Source of the DNA: Candidatus Nanoarchaeia archaeon
Lineage (GTDB): Archaea > Nanobdellota > Nanobdellia > Woesearchaeales > SM23-78
Length of the DNA stretch: 58,900 nucleotides
Direction: 5' to 3'
Assembly: GCA_041479965.1 (NCBI GenBank)
Contig: JBGOZE010000001.1
Location: 1-58,900, forward strand
Shown piece after piece: positions 35,460 through 43,412 of this stretch (position 1 is the stretch's first letter; every line of letters starts with the position of its first letter). The notes beneath the pieces were generated by a model, which was not told the origin of the DNA, ran no database searches, and was given only the letters and a program-made list of their open reading frames with translations. A program made the translations under genes and the position numbers.

Positions 35460-36173
35460 TTAGTTTTTTTCTTTATATAAGTTTCTCTTTGCAGGAGGTT
35501 GCTCTGAGATAAATGCTTTTTTTACCTGAGCCAACATCTCTTCTTCATGGCCTGCACCTATCACCGCCATTAGTTTCTGGTCAGGATAATTAAGCATTAG
35601 GGCGTGCAATTTGAGAGCCATGAAATGATTTCTTTCCTCCACCAGTGCCTTGTGAATCCCAGGATACCTCTTCTTCAATATTCCCAAGAGCTTTTTTATC
35701 AGCTCTCGCTCAGGCACTTCTCTAAGATTGATTTTCATCTTTTGGGCAAAAGGAGCAGAAAAAAGGTCAACGAAAAAATGCCATCTATCCTTCCATGTTA
35801 TTGACTTGGAAAGCCTTGCGAGAGTGACTCTGACATCCCTGTCAATCAAAGCTATTTTCTTGCTGTTTCTCTGGGCTAGATGAACTGCGTGAAGCATATC
35901 GCTACCGGGCTTTATGCCCACCACATCTCCAAGCTTTTGCTGAACAATGCTTCCTATGACTGCAAAAAGATAACCTTTCAATCCCAGTTGAGGGATGAGC
36001 CTGGGAGAATAGCTGGGCTTGTTGCCAGATAGGAGACCAAAAAGTCTGTCCCGGTCCAGCTCAACTGCAACTATATCAGGATTCTCTTTTAAAAAAGTCT
36101 TTTCTATCTCCTTTAGTGAGCCCTCAGCTATATGGGAAGTGCCTATGATGGTTAGATTCTTATATTTGAACAT
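35460..36173 (-). CDS. TraB/PrgY/GumN family protein
   Basis: LTIIGTSHIAEGSLKEIEKTFLKENPDIVAVELDRDR is the TraB N-terminal signature. AVIGAGHEEEM lies near the C-terminus. Confidence 0.75.
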   Translation of the reverse strand: MFKYKNLTIIGTSHIAEGSLKEIEKTFLKENPDIVAVELDRDRLFGLLSGNKPSYSPRLIPQLGLKGYLFAVIGSIVQQKLGDVVGIKPGSDMLHAVHLAQRNSKKIALIDRDVRVTLARLSKSITWKDRWHFFVDLFSAPFAQKMKINLREVPERELIKKLLGILKKRYPGIHKALVEERNHFMALKLHALMLNYPDQKLMAVIGAGHEEEMLAQVKKAFISEQPPAKRNLYKEKN

Positions 36174-36206
36174 ATGAACAAGAGATTAAGCAGGATATTA
36201 AATATA

Positions 36207-36560
36207 TTATGTATAGTATTGCTTTATTTTTTTTCCTTTCTTTATCTCACCGAAAGGATTGCCGAACTGCTTGATGTTGCTTCTCATGACCTTATCGGCA
36301 GCAGGCTCCAGACCAGAATCTGCTAGTCGCCTTCTGATTTCTAAGCAATTCAAATCAACCTTCGCAGGGCAGCCTTGCAAACAGGTGCTGCACTCAGTGC
36401 AGATGAAAAATATTTCATTAAGGCTTTTCTTCTTCGCTAAGAAAGCCTTGAACCTTGGGCCTGCAGACTCTTTCTGTAGCACAAAATAAATAGGACAGTC
36501 AAGATTGCATATGCCACATAGGTTGCAATTCTCCACATCCTGATTTTTGTTATCCATCAA
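36207..36560 (-). CDS. 4Fe-4S dicluster ferredoxin-domain protein (GlcF N-terminal-like)
   Basis: CNLCGICNLDCP and CTECSTCLQGCP cluster motifs. Confidence 0.8.
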   Translation of the reverse strand: MMDNKNQDVENCNLCGICNLDCPIYFVLQKESAGPRFKAFLAKKKSLNEIFFICTECSTCLQGCPAKVDLNCLEIRRRLADSGLEPAADKVMRSNIKQFGNPFGEIKKGKKIKQYYT

Positions 36561-36603
36561 TACACATCCTTTATGCTCTTCTTGGCCTGAATATGGCTCT
36601 GTC

Positions 36604-37776
36604 TCATCTGTAATCCAGGATTTTGCCTGGACTCAAGATGTTGTTGTAATCATATTCGTCTTTGAGCTTGATGAATTCCTTTTTTTTCTCCGGTGTCAGG
36701 AAATCTTTGTTTTTGAGCCCAAAGCCAAAAACATTTCCCAATGTTCCATCTATTCTTTTCACGAATGAGCGAAAAGTCTCCAGCAAGTCCTTATCTTTTT
36801 TCTGAAAATAAGCATAAAACACTCCTAGGCCTATATGCCCGTGAAGCCTCACATCATGCTTCTCGCACCATTCAATCAGGTCATAGCTTTTTTCCAGGCT
36901 CACAGTCGGGTCTTCCAAATAATAATATCCTTGGCTTCTTATGGCTGAGTGAACTGAGTCGAGTCTGTCAAGCATAGCCTTTACGTCCTGCACTGTCCTT
37001 ATCTTACCTTTCAACACATTATAGGCTACGAAAAGAGTATAGGTTGGCTCAAAGCTCAATTCCTGGCTTGTTTTCTTATCAATGAATTCCAGGGAAAAAA
37101 CCTCTTTGTCTCTTTTCAAATTTCTGGCCTGACCTAGCAGCTCAGAGAGCTGGTTTGAGCTGAAGATATCGACTGAAAGAGATGGTAAATCAGCTATTCT
37201 TAATTTGGCTTTGGTTATGAAGCCAGAAACCCCTTCTCTTCCAACAACTAGCTCTTTTTTTCGAGTATTGAAAGCTTTGCCTGTGCCATCTGCGAATTCA
37301 ACCTCTTCCACCCAAGCATCCATCCTCCCGACACTCTGGCTTTCCTTGCTCACGCAATTGAGGGAAACCATTCCTCCAATAGTCTGATCAGGATTCAGAG
37401 GGACAAGGGGAAATTGAACATTCAGTGCCCTAAGAGCGAGGTTCAAATCATATATCCTGATGCCTGCTTCCACCTCGATGAGCTTATTCTTAAGGTCGAG
37501 CTTGAGGACCTTGTTCATGCGCTCAGAAGAAAGAACAATTGCATTCTCTGCTATGCAACCGTCTGTCAGGCTTGTTCCTGAGCCACGCGAGACTACTGGA
37601 GTCCTGCCTTGATTTGCAAAGAGAAGCACTCTTCTCACCTGCTCCAGGTTTTTGGGCCAGATTATTGTGCTTGGTTTCAAGTGGATATCAGAGCAGCAAA
37701 AACCATATGCCTCTAAATCAAGAGGGTTTTCTGAAACATTCTCTGTTCCGACCATGTTTGCGAAGCGCTTATTCAT
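36604..37776 (-). CDS. FAD-binding oxidoreductase (GlcD / D-lactate dehydrogenase-like)
   Basis: FAD_binding_4-type PVVSRGSGTSLTDG. Size and position between the two GlcF-like halves fit. Confidence 0.75.
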   Translation of the reverse strand: MNKRFANMVGTENVSENPLDLEAYGFCCSDIHLKPSTIIWPKNLEQVRRVLLFANQGRTPVVSRGSGTSLTDGCIAENAIVLSSERMNKVLKLDLKNKLIEVEAGIRIYDLNLALRALNVQFPLVPLNPDQTIGGMVSLNCVSKESQSVGRMDAWVEEVEFADGTGKAFNTRKKELVVGREGVSGFITKAKLRIADLPSLSVDIFSSNQLSELLGQARNLKRDKEVFSLEFIDKKTSQELSFEPTYTLFVAYNVLKGKIRTVQDVKAMLDRLDSVHSAIRSQGYYYLEDPTVSLEKSYDLIEWCEKHDVRLHGHIGLGVFYAYFQKKDKDLLETFRSFVKRIDGTLGNVFGFGLKNKDFLTPEKKKEFIKLKDEYDYNNILSPGKILDYR

Positions 37777-37874
37777 ATCCGATAACTCTTATTTGATTGA
37801 CTCTGATGGGTTTACTCTGTTTTTTCTGTTTTTTCTATTGTTTCAATCTCTTTTTTCTTCTTTTTTCTTTTATC

Positions 37875-38600
37875 TCATGCATCTTGCATGTCTTGGTGCT
37901 CCACAAGGAGTTCTCCCAGTTCCAAGATGCATTTTTTGTTCTCAGCATTCTCCTTAAAATGAGCATAGCAATAGGGGCATGAAACAACTATCTTCTTGGC
38001 ACCTAGCTGTTGAAGCCTTTCTTTGGCTAGCTTGTTTGCGAGTTCAGGATAGTTCTGCTTGACACCACCACCGGCTCCACAGCAAAAAGTCTTTTCCTTT
38101 GTCTTGGCAGGCTCTATTGGCTTGAAACCAGTCTGCCTGATCAGAGCTCTGGGTTCGCTGACAAGGTTATACTGCCTTGCCAATATACAAGAATCGTGGT
38201 AAGCTACTTCTTCCTTGTGCTTGAAGGTGACTTTGTGCTTTTGAGCAGCCAATGTCTGCGTGATGTGCTCTGCTTCAATGCCATAGTGTTTTCTGAAGAC
38301 CTGAAGACAATGAGGACAGTTGGTTATTATCTTGCTGATGTTATTTTTTCGCAAGATCTCGAGGTTTTTGAGTTTTATTTCTTCAAAGTCCTGAAAATAG
38401 CCTGCATTTAGAAGAGGAGAACCACAGCAAGAGAGCTCTTCCAGTATCACAAAATTGATTCCGAAATCAGACAAGATGGCTTTGTAATTCTTAAATAAAT
38501 CAGGCAGCCCATAGGCAGTCATGCAACCAGGATAATAAAGAGCTTTTCCTCCTGCAATGCCTGATATTCTGGATTTTATTGTGTTTAAAAGATTGACCAT
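37875..38600 (-). CDS. CCG-domain (Fe-S) oxidoreductase (GlcF C-terminal / HdrD / LutA-like)
   Basis: Two Cys-rich CCG repeats: YYPGCMTAYG...CCGSPL...CPHC and YHDSCILAR...CCGAGGG...CPYC. Confidence 0.8.
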   Translation of the reverse strand: MVNLLNTIKSRISGIAGGKALYYPGCMTAYGLPDLFKNYKAILSDFGINFVILEELSCCGSPLLNAGYFQDFEEIKLKNLEILRKNNISKIITNCPHCLQVFRKHYGIEAEHITQTLAAQKHKVTFKHKEEVAYHDSCILARQYNLVSEPRALIRQTGFKPIEPAKTKEKTFCCGAGGGVKQNYPELANKLAKERLQQLGAKKIVVSCPYCYAHFKENAENKKCILELGELLVEHQDMQDA

Positions 38601-38731
38601 TGTGTTTGTTCTACAATTAAAGAATAAAAGCCTGATTTAATAAATCTTATTCTTTTTTCATATTTATTATCCTTTTAATCAGAAAATGACGTGTTTCTGC
38701 CAAGAACAGACCTAAAACAAGAATGAAAAAA

Positions 38732-38768
38732 CCCTGGAAGACCTCAAGAAAAATGAGGCCTTCCTGGG
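38732..38768 (-). terminator. Hairpin plus T-run downstream of the second TrmB gene
   Basis: CCCTGGAAGACCTCA-agaaaaa-TGAGGCCTTCCTGGG, 13 of 15 positions paired. On the minus strand it is followed by TTTTTCATTCTTGTTTT. Confidence 0.4.
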
Positions 38769-38829
38769 AAAAGAGGTGAGTGAAAATAAAATTTTAAAAC
38801 TTAAATTTTAATTAAAAAACAAAAATGGC

Positions 38830-39615
38830 TCAAAGCTGGCATTGCTCAAACGCCTTGCCTAAAGTCTCTGCAAAAATAGGCGTGTTGACCCACACAGCCG
38901 TATCATAGGAAGGATGCACTTTTGAATCATCCAAAAGCATGAAGGCCAGCTCCTTATTGTCTATTATGCAGAACCTGCCATTGAAACCCTTGACGTTTTT
39001 TATTTCAGCAAATTCCTTAAGCTCATCGACGACATCCTTGGACTTATTGGTCAAAGCAGAAAGGATTTTGATGCTGACTCCTTTTTCGCTCGCTTTCTTC
39101 ATGACTTTTCCGAAATGCTTATGCTTCCTTATCAAGCCGTCTTCAGTTGTCATGAGAACAACGGACTTCTTGGCGTTTTTTATCATGGTAGAAAGATGGT
39201 TATATATCTGGTTCCTGCCTTTTATGATGCCTGTCAGGTCAAACGGGTTAATCATGTCAATTCCTTGGGTGTGAAGCAAATTTAACTCTTTAAGAAGGTC
39301 AGAACCCTTGAGTTGCTCCATGTTGGTTGTCCTTTCCTGGGCCTGCAGGGTTATCCTCTTCTTAACTCTCTCCACGACTTCCTCTGGAGCCAAGGCAATA
39401 TATTTTATCGGCTTGCCTATCTTCATGATAATGAAGCCCTTCTTCTCAAGGCTTTCAAGAATGTCGTAGCTCCTGCTTCTGGGCACACAGGCGATGTCGC
39501 TTAGTTCTCCTGCGGTTGAAACCCCTCTTGAAAGAAGAGCTGTCCATATCTTTGCCTCATAACTGTTTAGACCAAAATCCTTGATCTTCTTTAAAAAAGA
39601 TTCTTGAACAATCAT
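38830..39615 (-). CDS. TrmB family transcriptional regulator (paralog of 7884..8696)
   Basis: YEAKIWTALLSRGVSTAGELSDIACVPRSRSYDILESLEKKGFI, colinear with the first paralog over its full length. The ATG at 39615 has a GGAGGAGG SD. The track start at 39636 is a TTG. Confidence 0.85.
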   Translation of the reverse strand: MIVQESFLKKIKDFGLNSYEAKIWTALLSRGVSTAGELSDIACVPRSRSYDILESLEKKGFIIMKIGKPIKYIALAPEEVVERVKKRITLQAQERTTNMEQLKGSDLLKELNLLHTQGIDMINPFDLTGIIKGRNQIYNHLSTMIKNAKKSVVLMTTEDGLIRKHKHFGKVMKKASEKGVSIKILSALTNKSKDVVDELKEFAEIKNVKGFNGRFCIIDNKELAFMLLDDSKVHPSYDTAVWVNTPIFAETLGKAFEQCQL

Positions 39616-40077
39616 GTATTTCCTCCTCCAAAACAAGTTTCACTTCTATTTTTTCCGAAACATCGTCTATAAATGAAATATAACTATTGTCTAGTGAAGA
39701 AAGAAGGAAGCCAGATTTATTTATAAAGCTTTCGATTTTGTTATTATTCCGGAGTGATAAAACAAAACGTGTCTGGAGCGGGAAGTACCCCTCCCCTTGA
39801 TTTCTTATCGAAAAAAACAAATCGGGCCTGAGATGATATGAATTTTGATAAAAGTGGTTGAAAGAAGTATATGTGTGGTTTGGAACCAACATGTCGTTGT
39901 CGTGTGGTTTTGCTTTTTTGTACCAAAAAAACTCTGCTTTTCACACGAATAACTCCACACATACAAACAATTCTATAATTGATAAATAAGAAGTTAATGA
40001 AAAATAAATAAAACACACATAATAAAATACATAATATGATATAACACATAACATAATATGTGATGTGATATTATAAT

Positions 40078-40133
40078 ATGTAATATAAGATATGTAATAT
40101 AAGATATATAATATAAGATATAAAATATAACAT
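40078..40133. repeat. Four tandem 14-bp A/T repeats (ATGTAATATAAGAT, two exact copies then two degenerate)
   Basis: Units at 40078..40091, 40092..40105, 40106..40119 and 40120..40133, read directly from the sequence. Confidence 0.85.
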
Positions 40134-40510
40134 AAATATTTCTATATAGAAAATAATATGATAAAGCAGAAAAAAAGGAAAAAGAAAAAGAAGAACAAAA
40201 AATCACAAAACCTTGTGTTTTTCAAGACAAAAAATATTATCAAAAAGCCGAGCATGATACCAGGTGCTTTAGTTTGTAGATGTTGGCTCGACTTTTTGTT
40301 ATTATGCTTAATGTTTATGCTTCTTTTAATCAGCTCTTGTTAATTGGTTTAATCTTCTCTGGACTAACTCTTTATATTTCTTTATCTTTTTCGTTATACC
40401 ACCATTTTTTATATGATAAAGTTCCATATGAAGCAAAGGAGAGGGGGTGTGATTTCGTTATGTGTTTTTAATTATATATATTAAATTCTATATTCTATAG
40501 GAAAACAATC

Positions 40511-40518
40511 TTTATAAA
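40511..40518 (+). promoter_or_regulatory. Candidate TATA box for orc1/cdc6 (near-leaderless)
   Basis: TTTATAAA ends 23 nt before the ATG at 40542. Confidence 0.5.
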
Positions 40519-40541
40519 CCTCTGCTTCTTCTGGAACTTTT

Positions 40542-41750
40542 ATGAATAAGGACATCAACAACATTTTCGAACAATTTCTCCAAAAAGAGTCCTTATTCAA
40601 GGAGAAAAAAGCACTTCAGTCCTCTTACATTCCTGACGAGGTCAGGCACAGAGATAATCCTATTACACAGATAGCCAACATGCTCGCTCCCGCTCTAAGA
40701 ATGGAAAAACCATCCAATATCTTTATTTATGGCAAGACAGGGACTGGCAAGACCCTTTCTGTGCGCTACCTGGCAGAACAAATGCTCACTTTGGCTGATA
40801 ATAAAAAAATTCCTCTCAAAATAGTATATCTTAATTGCAAGCTAAAGAAAATAGCTGACACTGAGTATAGACTGATAGCTCAGTTGGCAAGAGAATTCGG
40901 AAAAGAGATACCCTCCACAGGATTACCTACAGACGAAGTTTACAACATTTTTTTCAGGACTTTGGATGAAGAGAAAGGAATAATCATCCTGGTTCTGGAT
41001 GAAGTCGATAGTTTGGTGGAAAAAGCAGGAGACGAACTCATATACAATCTGACTAGAGTCAACACAGAGCTAAAACAAGCTCAAGTCAGTTTCATAGGGA
41101 TAAGCAACAACCTAGTGTTCTCCAATAACCTCGACCCAAGAGTCAGGAGCTCATTGAGCGAGGAAGAAGTGGTTTTTCCGCCCTACAATGCCATCCAGCT
41201 CCAAGACATCTTGAAAAGAAGAGCAGGGGAGGCATTCAAGGAAGGAGTGTTAGAGGACGGTGTTATCCAGAAATGCGCAGCCTATGCTGCTCGAGAGCAC
41301 GGAGATGCCAGGAGAGCCATAGACTTATTAAGAGTAGCAGGCGAGCTTGCAGAAAGGAAAGGTGAGACTAAAGTATCTATGAAGGCAGTGGATGAGGCAG
41401 AAGACGCCATTGAACGGGACAAAGTGATAGAGACAGTGAAAAACCAGCCAAAGCAATTCCAAGCCGCTCTTTATACTATCATTCTCAATAAGAATGCTGC
41501 GAAGAACAAAATCGTGGAGACAGGAGAGGTCTATGACACTTATAGGGAGCTGTGCGGGAAGGTCGGCCTAAGGCCTCTCACCCAGCGAAGGGTGTCTGAT
41601 ATTGTGGGTGAGCTGGACATGCTAGGCATAATAAATGCAAAAGTCATATCAAAAGGTCGATTCGGCAGGACCAGGGAGATCAGTATGCTCTTACCAGCTT
41701 CTATTGAGCAAAAAATCAAAAAAATCCTGGAAGACGATCTTTTTGGCTAG
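40542..41750 (+). CDS. cdc6: Orc1/Cdc6 replication initiator (AAA+ plus winged helix)
   Basis: Walker A IYGKTGTGKT, Walker B LVLDEVD, sensor HGDARRAIDLLR, and a C-terminal wH domain. Confidence 0.93.
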   Translation: MNKDINNIFEQFLQKESLFKEKKALQSSYIPDEVRHRDNPITQIANMLAPALRMEKPSNIFIYGKTGTGKTLSVRYLAEQMLTLADNKKIPLKIVYLNCKLKKIADTEYRLIAQLAREFGKEIPSTGLPTDEVYNIFFRTLDEEKGIIILVLDEVDSLVEKAGDELIYNLTRVNTELKQAQVSFIGISNNLVFSNNLDPRVRSSLSEEEVVFPPYNAIQLQDILKRRAGEAFKEGVLEDGVIQKCAAYAAREHGDARRAIDLLRVAGELAERKGETKVSMKAVDEAEDAIERDKVIETVKNQPKQFQAALYTIILNKNAAKNKIVETGEVYDTYRELCGKVGLRPLTQRRVSDIVGELDMLGIINAKVISKGRFGRTREISMLLPASIEQKIKKILEDDLFG

Positions 41751-41777
41751 GAAACTCGTGTGTAAATCGTGCGTAAA

Positions 41778-43385
41778 ATGAATGTCGTAAGTGCTCTTTT
41801 AGAAAAAGGAATTCTTGTCAGCCCTGAAATAGCAGGAAACCCATTATTATTAGAAAAAATCTTGAGGCTAAAAGACGAGGATTTCGAAGGAGTGATGATT
41901 GTTGACAGCTCATTCTTAGAGTCAAAAGGGATTATTGCAGACCAATTTTTTGAGAATGCCGATGAAGAAAAAAATATGCAGGGAAAAAATGAGCCGACAA
42001 GCGAATTAACCAAAGAAAAAGCTCTTTCTAAGGTTCAGGTCTTGTTTTCCTACAACAGAGAGCCTGGCAAAATAACAGTGAGTGACTTCGTAGCCTATTT
42101 TAACCGGAGATTTGAATCCTTGTCTGCCCTTCTAAGACAAAGGTCAGAGATGCAGAAAGTCACAAGTATCAACAGGGTAAAAGGAAAAGCAGGCAGGGAA
42201 TACGTGGCAATAATGGGCTTGGTATTTGGTAAATCCGTGACCAAGAATAACAATGTTCTTATTACTCTCGAGGATCCAACCGGGAAGATTAATGTGTTGG
42301 TCAGTAATAAGAAAAAAGAGCTCATGGAGCTAAGCAAGGAGATAGTGCTGGATGAGCTCATCGGAGTCGAAGGAGTGATGGCGGGCAATTTTGTGCTCGC
42401 AAACCAGATAATAATTCCGGATGTTCCCTTGCTCAAGGAGCTGAAGAAGAGCCCAGAAGAGGAATACTTGGCAATGATAGGAGACCATCATTTTGGTTCA
42501 AAGAACTTCCTGAAAAAGGAATTCGATGAATTCATAGAGTGGATCAACCAAAGAAAAGGCAGCAAAGAGCAGAAAGACATTGCAAGCAAAATCAGGTATT
42601 TAGTAATCATCGGAGATTTGGTCGAGGGTATAGGAATATATCCTGGGCAGGAAGAGGACCTGGAGATTAAGGACATAAAAGAGCAGTACGATATTTTTGC
42701 TGATTATCTAAAAAGAATTCCCTCCTACATATCTATCATTATCTGTCCAGGCAATCACGATGTTGGCAGGATATCTGAGCCACAGCCTCCATTGCTGCAC
42801 AAATATGCCGGGAGCCTAAGGCTCCCTAATGTTTTTCTTTTGAGCAACCCCTCCATGATAAACATAGGTGCGACAGATGTTTTTTCAGGATTTGATCTTC
42901 TATTATATCACGGTTATTCTTTGATTTATTATGCTGATCATGTAGACACCATAAGACAGAAAGGAGGTCAGAAGAGACCGGACTTGTTGATGAAGCTTCT
43001 CTTGCAGATGCGCCATCTGGCCCCGACCCACACCTCTAACCTTTACACTCCAGACCCGAGCTTCGATCCTCTTTTCATCAATAAAATACCCGACTTCTTT
43101 ATCACAGGTCACATCCATCGTGTAAGTATGAGCAACTACAAGAACATCACCATGGTCAACTGCTCGTGCTGGTCCGACATATCAGAGGACCAAGAGAAAA
43201 GAGGCCTTCAGCCTCAGCCAGCCAGAGTACCTCTGGTCAACCTGAAGACGAGGGATATGAAAGTCATCAATTTCTTCAGGGAAGAAAAAGCCGAAGAAAA
43301 AGCAGAGAAAGATGGAAAAGAAGAGGAAGCTGGATTGAAAGAGGACAAACAAGAAAAAGCACAGAATGTGAGGCTCTTAGTCTAG
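41778..43385 (+). CDS. polB: DNA polymerase II (PolD) small subunit DP1
   Basis: OB fold VAIMGLVFGKSV...ITLEDPTGKINVLV and phosphoesterase motifs IGDHHFGS, GDLVEGIG, CPGNHD, ITGHIH. The ATG at 41778 lies 3 codons inside the GTG-started track ORF. Confidence 0.92.
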   Translation: MNVVSALLEKGILVSPEIAGNPLLLEKILRLKDEDFEGVMIVDSSFLESKGIIADQFFENADEEKNMQGKNEPTSELTKEKALSKVQVLFSYNREPGKITVSDFVAYFNRRFESLSALLRQRSEMQKVTSINRVKGKAGREYVAIMGLVFGKSVTKNNNVLITLEDPTGKINVLVSNKKKELMELSKEIVLDELIGVEGVMAGNFVLANQIIIPDVPLLKELKKSPEEEYLAMIGDHHFGSKNFLKKEFDEFIEWINQRKGSKEQKDIASKIRYLVIIGDLVEGIGIYPGQEEDLEIKDIKEQYDIFADYLKRIPSYISIIICPGNHDVGRISEPQPPLLHKYAGSLRLPNVFLLSNPSMINIGATDVFSGFDLLLYHGYSLIYYADHVDTIRQKGGQKRPDLLMKLLLQMRHLAPTHTSNLYTPDPSFDPLFINKIPDFFITGHIHRVSMSNYKNITMVNCSCWSDISEDQEKRGLQPQPARVPLVNLKTRDMKVINFFREEKAEEKAEKDGKEEEAGLKEDKQEKAQNVRLLV

Positions 43386-43412
43386 AATCAAAATAAGCTA
43401 TATAGAAATAAG

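Larger units (their letters stand above)
39616..40541. other. Candidate chromosomal replication origin (oriC) upstream of orc1/cdc6
   Basis: About 0.9 kb of non-coding DNA. ATGTGTGG/GTGGTT motifs occur direct at 39854, 39875 and 39904, and inverted at 39955..39962 and 40011..40020. They flank an almost pure A/T core (about 39965..40160) that carries tandem 14-mers and a purine tract at 40167..40200. Genes diverge from this region on both sides. Confidence 0.6.

Noticed and set aside
39557-40471. Several 60-111-aa ORFs in the orc1-upstream region (39557..39892, 39744..40049, 39994..40206, 40158..40343, 40280..40471)
   Set aside because: They are translations of nearly pure A/T repeat DNA (poly-Ile/Tyr/Phe/Lys), they overlap each other, and there is no SD or promoter logic. 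The region is better explained as an origin or intergenic DNA.
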